A stretch of DNA of 64,000 nucleotides from the human T2T-CHM13v2.0 reference genome, Homo sapiens, in the NCBI RefSeq assembly GCF_009914755.1, contig NC_060932.1. One strand, 5' to 3'. Positions 27,874-43,987 of this stretch are shown one piece after another. Position numbers and translations under genes: made by a program. Position 1 is the stretch's first letter. Every line of letters begins with the position of its first letter. The notes beneath the pieces were generated by a model, which saw only the letters and a list, made by a program, of their open reading frames with translations, searched no databases and was not told the DNA's origin.

Positions 27874-28669
27874 CCACTTGATATGTTATTTACTTAAATG
27901 CAAAGTAAATCCATTGACCTTCCATTGAGTCCAGCCACCATAAAGAGTTAGAAGGCCTGCAGTTTCACAGAATGGTTTCATAATATCCAAGCAGTGTGGG
28001 ATAGAGCCTTGTAAGGCTCGAAATAGGAGCCAGGAGCAAAACAGCACAAGAAAGATCCAGAAGCTGATTTAATGTGCTTTGTTTTGAGAATAGTTTAAGG
28101 CACCCTGTGTCTTCATAGTCATATATCTGCAGCATAACTTGGCTGTCCACACACTGTGAAATAATTTTAAAATTTGTAGCCATGATTTTCAGTAGGAAGA
28201 GACATTACTTTCTTATTTGTTGGGCAAAGCAACTGGCATTTAGGCTGACTAGAATGGTTTTAAGTGACTAATGAAACAACTGCTAATATTTCAAGCTTCC
28301 ACTAGATGTTTGCAAGCTTTGCAATTGGTCTTAAAGAAGTAAAATGTCTGATTTAGAGCACTATATAAATAATATCTCACAATAAAATATTGCTTTCTAA
28401 ATCTATAGCTATACTTTTTTTATCACTTAGAGAATAATATATACATTGTGGAAAAGCTATACTTTTTTCAATGGCCTTTACTTTGCTGCAGAGTAAAATA
28501 AACTAAAAGAAAATTAAACTTCAGATACAGTTTAATATTTTTAAACTCATTAAAATTGTCTTTCAATCTTAGAGAAGGCCTTGACTGTGTGTTCATGCTA
28601 GGGGTAAATTTAGAGTAGATAGCTTTGTGCATTCATTACCCCACTTACAGATTTTCAGCCCCTTAAGTC

Positions 28670-29400
28670 ACTTTGCAAATATTTATTGACAGCCTACTAT
28701 GTGCCAGGCATTGAGTTACGTATTGGGAACATCTGGTGGAAGGAAAGAATGAGAGAGTCTTTGCACTCATGGAATTTATGATGTAGATGTAAATAAATAG
28801 TCGCACAATGAATCAGTGACCATTTTGCTAAGTGTCATAAAATGAAAGCACAGGGTGCCAAGAAGCTATATAGGAGTATCTAACTGACGAAGTTTGAGGG
28901 AGGGTGTTTCTAAGGAAGAGCCATGTTGATTGAGACCACACATCGGAGTGGGCGTTATGGAGGGGAGGAGGGCAGCAGGAAGAGTGTTTCAGGTAGAGGA
29001 TATGCATATGAAGCCTGGGAGGTGGAAAGGAACTTGGCATGTCTGACAACTAGAAAAGAAAAGAAAAGAAAAGAGAAAGACAAAACTGCTGGAGCTTAGA
29101 AAACAGGGAAGAGAGGTAAGGCATATTAAGCTAAGAAGCAGGTGAGAAAAAAATCACGCAGGCCCTTGCCAACCACATGAAGAATTTTGGATTTTATCCT
29201 AAGTGATGCTGAAGGGTGATATGATTAGATGTGTCTTTTAGAAAATCACCCGGCTGCCCTGCAGAGAATGGATTGGGCAGATTAGCTGGAGGCCACATGG
29301 TCATTTGGCCAAGTATGGCAATGGCTGGGTGGAGCAAGACTTGTGGCAAGGGCGAGGGAGTGAAGTGGATGGATTGGAATTAGGAGGAAGAGCCAGTGTG
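28670..29400 (-). mobile_element. L2
   Basis: aatatttattgacagcctactatgtgccaggc...ttggattttatcctaagtg...agaaaatcacc. Confidence 0.8.
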
Positions 29401-29624
29401 ATCTGGTGAGCACTGAGGGGTTCAACCATGTAACTGTCCCAGGGGCTGGTAGCACAGATTTAGCTACCAGCTCATTTAGATATGAACTTATATTTAGCCA
29501 GTAAAGGAGGCTTGCAAGTGATGCAGCATAGAGGAGCCCCAACATTGTGTCTTAGTCAAGGAGGGTTCTTGGCTTTGCCCAGGAAAGAATTCAAGAATAA
29601 GCCAAGAGTGTTGGACAGCAATCC

Positions 29625-29910
29625 TTTTTTTTTTTTTTTTTTTTGAGACAATCTCGCTCTATCACCCAGGCTGAAGCACAGTGGCATGATCTCCTCCACC
29701 TCCCAGGTTCAAGTGATCCTCTGGCCTCAGCCTCCTGGGTAGCTGGGATTATAGGCATGCACCACCACACCCAGCTAATTTTTGTATTTTTAGTAGAGAT
29801 GGGGTTTCACCATGTTGGCCAGGCCTGTCTCGAACTCTGGACCTCAAGTGATCAACTCAGCTCGGCCTCTCAAAGTGCTGGGATTATAGGCGTGAGCCAC
29901 CAGGCTGGCC
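29625..29910 (-). mobile_element. AluS inserted in an ERV1-type LTR fragment (about 29545-30030)
   Basis: TSD acagcaatc(c)tttt; flanks gagggttcttggctttgcccaggaaagaattcaag and tatttatacccacttt are LTR-like. Confidence 0.9.
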
Positions 29911-30185
29911 TACAGCAATCTTTTATTGGATGGTCCTGCTCCTTGCAATTATATTTATACCCACTTTCAATTGCATGCAAATAAAGGGGTAGGTTAATAT
30001 GAATTGAGGGGAAGTTTATTTAGAACTTTACATAAAACATAATTTTATGTTTTATGTAGAGTTAATTTACCTCTACAATGGAATACTATATAGTCATTAA
30101 ATATTATGCTGTAAAGAAATATTTGATGTAAAGAAATATGTTCAATGTACATAACTGAGTGAAAAAATTACAAAGATATATGTAT

Positions 30186-30810
30186 ACAGTAGCCCTCCCT
30201 TATCCAAAGTTTTTATTTTGGTGGTTTCAGTTACCCGAGGTCAATGTCAGTCCATATTAAATAGAAAATTCGAGAAATTTCAACAATTTTTTTCCAGAAA
30301 TTTGTAACAATTCCTAAGTTATAAATTGGTAGCTATTCTGAGTAGCATAATGACGTCTCGGCCATCCTGCTTCCTCTTACCCAGGAAATGAATCATCCCT
30401 TTGTCTAGTGTGACCACACTGTCTACAGTGTATGCACGTTTAGTCACTTAGCAGTCGTGTAGGTTATCAGACTGACTGTCAAGGTATCACAGAGCTTATT
30501 TTTAAGGCACCCTTATTATGCTTAATAAAGTCCACAAAGTGAAAGAGTAGTGATGCTGGCAATTCAGATATGCCAAAGACAAGCTGTAAAGTGCTTCCTT
30601 TAAGTGAAAAGGTAAAATTTCTCCACTTAATAAGGAAAGAAAAAAAATTGTAACTGAGATTGTAAGATCTATAATAAGAACAAATATTCTATCTGTGAAA
30701 TTGTGTAGAAGGAAAAATTAATTTGTACATAGTATATATGGAGTTTGGTACTATCCATGGTTTCAGGTTTCACTGGGGGTCTTAGAACATAATCCCACTT
30801 TCTGAGAAGC
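30186..30810. mobile_element. MER44 (Tigger7-derived) DNA transposon
   Basis: tacagtagccctcccttatcc...ggtttcagttacccgaggtcaa...ggtactatccatggtttcagg...gggggtcttagaac. Confidence 0.75.
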
Positions 30811-30813
30811 CTA

Positions 30814-31450
<637 letters not shown>

Positions 31451-34400
31451 CCCTTAAAAGAATAGAGAGACTCTAAAACGTTAGCAGCATTTAAAATGCA
31501 CATAGTATAAGGCCTGGAACCTACGGGTGACTTCGTACAGATGGCCACATTTCACGTGGCTCTTGAGGGACACAGGTTTTTTTCATGTTGGGAGGGAGGG
31601 GAGAGTTTTGAGAGTAAAATCTGTTCAGGGAACAGTGAGAAATTTGGTATGTTGGGAGATGAGGAAAGTGAGACTAGCATCTTATTCAAAGTGGTAAGTG
31701 ATATTAAGAAACCTGAACTCCTTCTTTTGAATAATGAAGAGCCAATGAAGGTATCAACTGATGGAGGTAATGCGATCAGATTTAAATATGTCAGCAAATG
31801 TCCTAGAACCTCCCAGGTTTTCTGGCTTCCATCTGCTTTCAGGAGAGCTCACTCTCAAATTGGTTATTATATTTTATTATTGAGTGTGGTTTTCCTTGAG
31901 ACATTTGCAATAGGAATGTTCTTCATGTCCCTGTCCTTATTAGAAATTTTTAAGTTACATGTTTAAGCATATAAGTACTTTTGCATAAATACTTTCATAT
32001 GTGTACTCACAGAAGTACCTTTGCATAAATCCATTAATATGATTATACCAAATAAGCTTTTTAAAGCATTTTTTATAACAAATGTGATTCTATCCATAGT
32101 TTTTTCCCCATGCACACATAAATATATAGAGTCATATACACACCCACACAGAAACATATGTGGGGTGCCTGTCATCATTTGCTTTACAAAAAATGGGATT
32201 AGACGATACACACTTTACTGTTTGCCTTTCTCTCATCAATAACTGGAATTATCTCCAAATTAGCTGGCACTGTTCTAAATGCTTCTTTTTATCAACTGCA
32301 AAATATGCTGTTAGTGCCATGTAGTCCTGTTTTCAGTCATTTTCTTACCAATAGATTAACGTCGTTTCCAGCTTTTCATCACTACCACGCAGTAAGCATT
32401 CTTATATATTATGTTTTTATGAAATAAACCCCCAAAGCGGGGCTGTTGGGTCAAAGGATATAGGTAATTATAATTGGAATAAGCAGGGGCCAGATTACTT
32501 TCCAAAAAGGCTATAACACTACATCTGCAATGGCATGAGGAAAATACATTCTTTTGTCCAAATCCTCACCAGCAACAGATATTATAACCCTTTTTGATGT
32601 TCTGTTGCCAGCTTGATGGGTATAAGGTGATATCTTAATATTCTTTTAATTTGCATTTCTCTTACCACTGGTGAATTTCAGCAACTTTTCACGTGGTATC
32701 TTTATGTATTGGGTTTGTACTCTGTGGATTATTATTTCTATTATCTTTTCTAGATTTGTGTCCCTCCATAATCTTTCTTGCTGTTAGGCTAGGTGACTGG
32801 TCAGTTTTCATGGCCTTCATCAACACTGACTCCATGAGTACTGTTGGAATTTGCATTTTTAAAATGTGAACTAACTCCTCTGTATATGCCAATACTCATG
32901 CCAGATAAACTCCAGGCAGGAGGACACAGGTGATACATTCACATTCCTTTTCTATCGCAAAATGGGTGAAGAGAACACAGATCCCCGACTCCTGGAATAC
33001 CTAAATCAATCAGGTGCCTTATCGAGAAATGCAGGTCTGTAACGGTGAGATAAGGTCTCTCTAGCTGTGTCAAATGCCACCTTGGAAACATAAATTAACC
33101 TGCAAATAAAGCAGCCCTGAGCACAACAGGATTCAGGATGACAGATGTGACTCTGGCGGTCCCGAAGGATGCCCTAATAGGGTGGCCTGTGTCTGTCTCC
33201 TTGATTAATCAGTCCGTGCTCGCCATTCTAATCTATTCCAGCCAGCTGCATGAAGCAGATTATTACCAAGTCAATATGGATCACAGCCAACTGCTGGGAG
33301 GGCTTGGCCATTACGTCTTCCTGCAGTGCAGTTAGCGAGACCAACCCCTTCCCCTGAGGCGCTTTAATAAATTAAAATGATGTAGATTGCTTGGTCTCCT
33401 TGTCACTACGGTGAAAAAAATCAAGAGAACCCGGCCTTGTGTTTATGACTAACATCGGGTGATTTTCTGAGGAGGGGTTGCTAGTGGGTTTATGTCTGCT
33501 GAGAATTATCTGCTGCCAGCAGCCACCCAAAATTATCCATCTGTCAGCTACATTCCCCTCCAGCATTGTGGAGGGCATGGGCTACTCTAAACTGGTTCTA
33601 ACCCATTTGCTCCAAAATAATTTTTTAAAGAAGAAATCTCTTGTTTCTTGTTTCAAAGCAGTAACCTCTTTGATAGCAAGATAAATAAATAAATAAAAAT
33701 GAAGAAGAAGAAATTATATGGCCACAGATATAAAAGGAGAAAAGGCCATCCCTGTATGTTCGCAGAGACCCCAAATCAAATCAGGAGCGATTAAATGACT
33801 CATTCAATTACAGGTTGTTCAGTGGCTTGGTCAAGACTCTTAACATATACACCCTGACTATAACATGAGTATTGTAATAGAATGTTCATGGGTGGTTTTC
33901 AGGGAACCTGTGAAACCTCTAGAATTGCACTAAAAATCTGTGTGTGTGTGTGTGTGTGTCTTTTTTTGGAGGAAAGAGTCCATGGTTTTTGTCAGATTCC
34001 CACATGGGTTGCAGGTTGGGAATGAGTTAAGCATTCCTGTTCTAGAAGTTCAAGTCTTCAACACGAGGCGCTAACACACGTTGAAGACAAAATAGAAACC
34101 TCAAAGATATACAATACTACCCAAGTACCAGAAGCCATCAAAGTTTTGGTAGAGGGACAAAGGAGATTGTAATTCTCTTTCAATTCTTGGTTTTATTCTC
34201 TGATGTGATTTTTTTTTCCTTCATGAGGCAGATGTGGTGAAATGGAGATTTGAGTGTCCTTCGTTTGGGACTGTCTCATTCTTTGACAGCCAAGGAGCCC
34301 TAATATGAGGCTTGGGGATGGGAGCATGCAGGAGTGTCCTTAGCACACTCTGGTCAAGGACTCACCAGCTCTTAGGTGTCCCCATCTTTGGTAAGGATGA

Positions 34401-35046
34401 TGTAGAGGACCAGCTAGACCAGGTGGACCAAGAGAACAGAAGACAGGGCTGCTTCGACATTTGTCTGGACCTTCCTTGTCTCTAGGGAGTAGCAAAAGCC
34501 ATGACTTCCAAACTATTCAGCCAGATTCACCAGAGCAAGAGATCAGATCCCAGGTTCAGGTAGGAGCCTAAGTAACAAGGTGTGTACATTTACCTGGAGG
34601 GGCCCCTCTGTGCTTCCCTCAGAGGCTCAGTGCAGGAATAAGTGAGTCAGGGATACAAAACTTGGGGACTGGCTGTACTGAGTATGACTAACAATTTACT
34701 AGCGATTATCTGTGTCATCTATCTTCATTCAGGCACCCGGCAGATGCCATGAGTGGGCTGTGTTGGGGAAAAGCAAACTCATTTTAACAGCAGTGCCAGG
34801 AAAACTAGATGTGCAAAGTAAGTCTGACATGCAACCACTAAAACACTGTGACATACATACGTGAGTGTGTGTATATGTAAAAGACTTCTCTATGGTAAAG
34901 AGAAATGATTTTAAATGACCACTCCTTTAAAGGTTCCACAACACCAGGGTTCTTCAATAATGGAAATACTTAAGAAATAGAGGCTACTCTTATATCCTCA
35001 TCTTTTATCATATCTGACTTCATGTTCAAATAACTAGCATGCCTGA

Positions 35047-35549
<503 letters not shown>

Positions 35550-37291
35550 TACAGCAGAATTTTAATTTATTGGAATTTATTTTGGTTCATAATGTGTCTG
35601 AGAGAGGTATTTTCCAATATTCACACTTATGTTCTTTAAAAAAGAAGTAAAAGCCCTAATTTTTAGTAAGGTCCATGCTCCTCCAGAAAAAAGCTGCGTT
35701 TCTCAACACTTTGTGCTAAGATCTGGCTAATGGAATGTAAGTGAAAGTGATGTGTGCAAGCTCTTAGTCTTGTTCTTAAAGAGCAGACCCTTTCCTCTCT
35801 TCATCCCCCCGCTTGCCACTTAATATGTTTGTGGTGACATCCTGGAATGTGCAAAAAGTGCCACTCTAGTGATGGCAGAACAACCAGATATAGGAACTTG
35901 GACAATCCGTGAATCTGAGCCATATTCCACTCTGGACTGCCTCCATGTACTCATACTGATGGACTTACATCTGGTTCATCTTCACATCACGGATGTGCCC
36001 TTTGAAATCCCAGTTTTATGGCTGAAGGATTTTGTCCCAGTCCCCCATGCCTGTGTGTTCATGAAAATCAAATCCCAAGGCCATCTTGTTCAGCAAAGAA
36101 CCTTCGAACCAAGGTCGTCTCAGTCCTCTGTGTGCCTATCTATGTAGGTACCTTTACTTAAATTTTAGACCACAGCCTCTTTCCTGCTAGGGCATCAACA
36201 CTATCAGAAGAAGCATTGCTCTCATGCTACTCAGGGTTTTTCCTTGGTTTCAGCAAGAGAGTCAGTCTGGATAATTTGCCCGCCACATCATTGGTAAGGG
36301 GAGTCTTGACTTGCTATCTTGAGTGGCCTGTGCTTAACCCTGGATAAGGATGGAGTTGCATCTCCTCGGGTGTGCTGCTATAAGAAGCCCTTCTGCAGTT
36401 GCTGCCCTGAGGACAGGGACCTCATTCTGAGCCTGATTGCCTCTTGGAGAGGCACATTGCAAGGTACCTCTGCTGGGTACATTGCAGAGCCCATAAAAGA
36501 CTTTTTGTTTTGGATGAACGTCTAAACAGCAGAGTATATTATTCTAGAAATATTGCCATGATTATTTCCTCCTTACAATACAGGACTATGAACTATAAAA
36601 AGGAGAATCCACGAGTGTATGTAGAAATTTTGTTGCTAAGTGATGTCTTTGTTCCTATACTAGACTGCTTACCTCTCCCCATATAACGCTAAGAACTTCT
36701 ATTTTTCTTCCACTAGGTGTAAACTCAAATCACTGATTAAGTGAAACAAACAGATCGGCAATTACCACTTCTTGTGATTGAGTGTCAGATTCAAATCGGT
36801 AAAAGGCAATGAAAAGCATACAAATCTTTTTTTCTGAACTCTGTCCTTTTTTTCAGATAACTTTCTCATACAATCATTTTTAATAAATCATCATTCTATT
36901 TGTTCCTTTTCCAGAGTAATTCTTGGCACTTCATGTGCAGACCCATTGCCAAAGCCATAGTGTGGTCTGTATCTCAATGACTTCATGACTCATGCAGTAT
37001 CTTCCCTCTGCTCTGTGGGATACCACCAGGAATGATTTTGCTGAGACACAACCCAACAACTCCTCAGAAAGTTTCAGTGATTGTTGTCATCAATGACATT
37101 TATTCCTGCAGAATTTGTTAATCATATCAGAATTGTTTAGTATTTAGTATATCTCAGGTATTGAATTTGACACTCTAAATGCATAATTTCATTTAATTAT
37201 CCCAATAAACCATGATGTGGACACATACATTTCCATTTCCCAGGGGAGACAACCAAGGCTTAGCCTCTAATTTGCCCAAGGTTACTCAGAT

Positions 37292-37673
37292 TGTATTTTA
37301 TTCGGCTCAGGCTGCCATAACAACATAGCATAGACTGAATGACTTAGACCACAGACATCGATTTCTAACAATTCTGGAGGCTGGGAAGTCCAAGATTAAG
37401 GAACTGGCAGATTCAGTATCTGGTGAGGACTCTCTTCCTGGTTTGCAGACAGCTTACATCTCTCTGTGTCCTTACATGGTGAAGAGAGAGAGCGTTTCAA
37501 TTCTCTGGCATCTCTTCTTATAAGGACACTAATTCCATCATGAGGCCGCTATCTTCATGACCTCATCTAACTCCAATTACCTTCTAATGGCCTCTTCTCC
37601 AAATACCATCACATTGGAAGTTAGGGCTTCAACATAGGAATTTTGGGGAGACACACACATTCAGTTCATAGCA
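37292..37673 (-). mobile_element. MLT1A-type LTR
   Basis: ggctcaggctgccataacaacatagcatagactg...ttagggcttcaacataggaatttt...ttcagttcatagca. Confidence 0.85.
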
Positions 37674-38125
37674 GATGGTGAGAAATGGGTGGATTTAAAG
37701 GCTCTACTTAACCTGGCTTCTACTGTCATGCACTGGACTCCAGCCACACTAACCTTCTCTCTGTTTCTCAAAACCTTTGACTTGCCCTGCTACAAAATGC
37801 TTTGTACCCTTTGCCTGGAATACCCTGCCTCTAGATCTTTACCCACCAGAATCCTTCTGTTATGTAGGTTCAGTTCAAGCACTACCTCCGCTGAGTCTGA
37901 GTCTGTCCTTCACTACTAATCTAAAGGCCACCCCCAACTCCGACCCAATCGCTCTCTCAGATCATCCAGTTTTAGCTTCTTGACAGTGTGTGTTGTTCCT
38001 CAACATTTGTTCGTACATAAATTGACTTGCCTATTTTCTTTTTCTTCTCTAGAGTGTAAGCTTCATGAGAGCAGGAACTAGGCCTCTTTTGTTTGCATCT
38101 GTATCACCATAAGCTTGAAGGCTAC

Positions 38126-38511
38126 TGATATGGCTTGGATCTGTGTCTCCACCTAAATCTCATGTTCAATTGTAATTCTCAATGTTGAAGGTGAGGCCTG
38201 GTGGGAGGTAATTTGATCATGGGGGTGGATCCTTCATAAACGGTCTAGCACCATCCCTTTGGTGCTATTCTCGTGATAGAGTTCTCATGAGATCTGGTTA
38301 TTTAAAAGTGTCCCCCACACTTCCTCCTGCTCTGGCCACGTGAAGATGTGTCTACTTCCCCTTCACCTTCCATCATGATTGTAAGTTTCCTGAGGTCTCC
38401 CCAGCCATGCTTCCTGTACAGCCTGTACTGTGAGCCAATTAAACCTCTTTTCTTTATAAATTACTCAGTCTCAGGTACTTCTTTATAGCAGTGTGAGAAC
38501 AGACTAATACA
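38126..38511 (+). mobile_element. MST (MSTA/B) solo LTR inserted in an L2
   Basis: tgatatggcttggatctgtgtc...gaacagactaataca; TSD-like gctac/ggtac. Confidence 0.9.
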
Positions 38512-38744
38512 GGTACCTGACACATAAACAGTGGAGGATGCATGAGTGAATGTCCACTCCAACACCATCCCTCTTCAGTGCCAAGCTATCCTGGGGGATT
38601 CAGTGCTTTGCCTGCAGTTGAAGGGGACATGCAGGTCAAAAGGGCACATCAGCTGACACCCGGAGCCATCCACAGGGAAAATCAAGAGGGACTGTAGGAC
38701 ATGTCACTTAGGAAATTAGAATACCCCTGTCTCTGAATCCTTAC

Positions 38745-39101
38745 TCTATTAGTCTGTTGTCATGCTGCTGATAAAGACATACCGAGACTGTGTAATTTAT
38801 AAAGAAAAAGAAGTTTAATGGACTCGCAGTTCCACATGGCTGGGGAGGCCTCACAATCATGGGTGAGGGCGAAAAGTACTTCTTACATGGCGGCAGCTAG
38901 ACAGAATGAGAGCCAAGTGAAAGGGGTTTCCCCTTATAAAGCCATCAGATCTCATGAAACTTATTCATCACAAGAACAGTATAGGGGAAACAGCCCCCAT
39001 GATTCAATTATCTCCCACCAGGCCCCTCCCATAACACATGGGAATTCTGGGAGCTACAATTCAAGATGAGATTTGGGTGGGGATACAGCCAAACCATATC
39101 A
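38745..39101 (-). mobile_element. THE1B-like solo LTR
   Basis: tattagtctgttgtcatgctgctgataaagacatacc...gagatttgggtggggatacagccaaaccatatca. Confidence 0.9.
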
Positions 39102-39139
39102 CTCACCTAGGGGAATTCAAATTCCTTCCTTTAATCCCA

Positions 39140-39521
39140 GCTATGAACTGAATGTTTATGTCCCCCCAAAATTTATATGTTGAAGCTCTAACCCCCAATG
39201 TGATGGTATTTGGACATGGGGCCTTTGGGAGGTGATTAGGTTTAGATGAATTCATTAAACTGGGTGTCCCAGGATGAAATTTGTGTCCTTATAAAAAGCA
39301 GGAAGATACACCATAGTTTTCTGTCTGCCATGGGAGCCCACAGCACTCACAACAAGAAGATGGCCATCTGCAAGCCAGGGAAAGAGCCCTCACCAGGAAC
39401 CAAATCTATTGGCCTCTCGGTCTTGAACTTTCAGCCTCCAAAACTATGAGAAATAAACATTTATTATTCAAGTCACCCAGTCTATGGTATTTTGTTATGG
39501 CAGCAGGAGCTGATTAAGACA
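39140..39521 (+). mobile_element. MLT1A-type LTR
   Basis: ctatgaactgaatgtttatgtccccccaaaatttatatgttgaagctctaacccc...gattaagaca. Confidence 0.85.
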
Positions 39522-41424
39522 ATCCTCAAGTCATTCCACCTTATGTCAGGCACCCATGGAGACTCGAGAAATTTCCTTCCTGCTATTGATTGTTAACTTG
39601 CCACTCACCCAGGCCTCCAGTTCTTGTGTTCTCCGTGGCTCCTTCCCTGTGAATATGACTCATTATCTAGTGGCCTATCTTTCCTAGAGGTTGCACCTGA
39701 ACCAAGTCTCTTTTTGCCTTGAGGCTGGGCCACTGCTCCTTCACTTCAGCCTGCCTTCTCATCTGTTGATGTTGCCTGGCCGGCACCATCATCCCAGACT
39801 GACTCAGGGCAGTGGATTGCCATATCCTTAAGCTGAGGCTGCTTTCATAGGAGATGCACAATGGACCCACCCTGCCTTCCCCTCATCCCCAGCATTCCTT
39901 GTCTCCTCTGTGCTGCTCTGGCCCCAGAAGGTATCCACAGAGGCTGGTGCTCACCCCTGTTCTGGGAAGGAGTGTGTTTCTCCTATCACCATGAAAAGGT
40001 GAGACCCCTCTGCTTTTGTTCCTTTTCTCTCTGGGCAAGATCTCTTTCATCCCATCTAGATTTCCCTTGCTAGCTGTGCAAATTAATTTTCTCTACTTTC
40101 CATTGAGAATGTCAATATACTCCCTAAGATTCTTCACATCTTTTTACAGGCGTTTGTATTTTGGGGTTCTTATTTTTGTTTTGCTACAACTAAAAAGATT
40201 AAACCACATTTTCTATGTCTTCAGTGCCGCTCCTGTTGAGCAGAATGATTGCAAACCTATGTTCACCACCTAAATAAACAAACAAAAATATCAAAAGCCT
40301 ACTAATTGCCAGGCATTACTCTAGGTGTTTTTTCGGGGAGGTGTTAGTGACTGGCTAACTCAATGCATTAAAATGTCAAACATTTTGCAAAGCTCTGTAG
40401 TAATAAAAACATAAATGACTGCCTGTTGGCATTCTTAGGTGCTTTATTTTTTTGGAGACCAGCTCTATTTGAGTTTTTTAATTAACTTAAATCTTTATTG
40501 CCTGGGGAATGCTGAGACATTTGGGTCAGTCTTCCAAATGCCAAGTGAGACTATTTGAATTTAGGAAAAAAACAAACAAACCAAAAATGCCAGGTCAGAG
40601 GCATGAAACCAGAATCCTAGAGTGACTGCTCATCATTGTGTGACAAGTTTCAGAATGAAAAAGAAGGATATTGAGAAACTGACTTAGGACTACATTCTTC
40701 TTTGGCACCATAAAAACAAACACAAAGTCAGGGGACCAGGAAAATCAGAATTGAACTATTGTGTTTATTTGGGTGTTTAGTTCATATTAGGTTGAAAATC
40801 TTGAAAATCTTATAAAGACACAAACTTTGTTTAACTCATGTGTCAGGTAAATGCCTCTGACAGATAAATGTGGCTGTTTCCTACTCTTACACAGTCCAGA
40901 AGATAATTCTTAGCTGGTATAATCACCAGCCAGAAGGTCTCCTGGTCTGATTCATGAATGACTAGCTCACTCGCAAGATGAGAACTGGTCACAAGTCATT
41001 AATTCAATTACTTAAGAAACATCTATCAAGTGTTTAGTATATATGAGACATTAAGTTGGATGCTCGTACTATCCAAGGGAACTTAGAGGTTGTTGTTTTT
41101 AAAAGGTGATATTCACATAGATATGGAGGCAAAGCCTTCAGTGTTTGAGGGATAGTGACCAGCAGACCTATGGAAACAAGATGTGGTGGACCCTGGGGGG
41201 CAGAGAGAAATGGCCTAACTCTCAAAGAAGCAGGAGTTCAGAAGAGACTTGGGAAAGGGAGGAGAATACTATCTCCATCTCCCAACCTGGAAGCCGTTTT
41301 ATTTCTATCACTGTAAGTGGTTTTGGTGCAAGTGGCTTCTGTGACTAAGAATGGCATCCCACCTGTGAAGGTCTCTAGGGTAGATTTCAGTTATGCCATG
41401 GAGGAGAAAGAAGTACTGAGTCCT

Positions 41425-41804
<380 letters not shown>

Positions 41805-42169
41805 TTAGGGCTGCAGTGAAAACTAACTCTCTAATCTTATGGGGCTTCTATTTTTGTGTGATAGGGAATAAACATGTAAACAAGGAAATAAGAGAACATC
41901 ATGGAGTAATCAGTGCTACGAGAAACAGTGGAAGCATGGGAAGGGGATGGCGGGTGTTGGGGAGTCAGGATGGGTGGAGATGACCTTACTGAGGAGGTGA
42001 TACTTGAGCAGAGAAGGGTATGAAAGGTATGAAGACAGGAGCAAGGCATGCAGGTAGAGCATTCTAGGCATGGGGAACAGAAAGTGCAAAGTCCCTGAGT
42101 TGGGAAAGTGCTGTGTGTTCAAAGCACAGCAAAGAGCACAGGGTAGCAGAGGCACAGTGAACGGTGGTA

Positions 42170-42810
42170 AGTGGTATGTAGGAGCCAGCCTACACTGGTT
42201 TGCAGAGCCAACTGTTAAGTTTTCAGGAATTTTGCCAGACGGTTGCTAAACACAGCCATTCTTAAACATTAAATCATATAAACTTATAACTGAACATATC
42301 ACATTAAAACTAAAACTCACCACTTCCTAATTAGTTTGCTACATTTTTACTGTTATCTATGCCCTTGAAGTTATGTATATCTGAGTGTCTGTAAGGTGGA
42401 AATACTATATAATGCTTCAGTCCTGTGCATCTCTTCCCAGCTCCGAGTTCAGTGTGGTTGACTTGTTAGCTTGAAATCAGCCACCGTAGGAGAATTACAC
42501 AATGGAAATGGACAAATGGTACAAATCAAGGCATACCTTAATTTTTGTTGATTGCCTAGACTTAAGGAAGAGGTGGAGAAAATGTTAATAATTCAGATTA
42601 AATGTAGAAGAGTTTCATGCTACATTTGAACAGCACAAAAAATTGAGGAAATATTCTTCCAGTATTTGAAAACTGTTATCCAGTTTGGCAAAGAACATCC
42701 TCTTGTTGTCGACACATGGGGAAATTCCAACACACTCCTTTATTCTCTTACTCTTGTCTTACTTGTTAACATGTATGAAAATATCAACCAACATTCATGC
42801 CAGGATGGCA
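42170..42810 (+). mobile_element. MER63 (hAT-Blackjack) fragment within L2 sequence
   Basis: gtggtatgtaggagccagcc...gagccaactgttaagttttcaggaattttgccagacggttg. Confidence 0.65.
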
Positions 42811-42983
42811 TATGGGGAGCCAGGTGTTACCCATTTATTATCACACAGATGTGTCAGAAACATAGCTGGGAATCAGATTAGACAGGCCTTATATATCAAA
42901 GTAAGGGTGTAAAAATTTTTAATTGTGAAATGGAAAGCTGTGAGGTTTAAAACAGAAGAATAAGATGCTCTGAATTCTGTTTC

Positions 42984-43281
<298 letters not shown>

Positions 43282-43450
43282 TCAGTAGCTGGGAACAGAA
43301 TAGAGCATAGGTGAACAAAAACAGAAAAAGTGGGGCTGAGTTAGGAGAACATACGTCAGCTTCCTCTGGGTAGCTGTGGAGGTGATGAGAAGCAGTTCAA
43401 CTTGAGCTGTATTTTTCAAGGAAATGTCAACAGGACTTGCTGAGGACTTA

Positions 43451-43987
<537 letters not shown>

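Noticed and set aside
31541-31966. 141-aa ATG ORF in unique sequence
   Set aside because: No recognisable homology, splice structure or retrocopy hallmarks.
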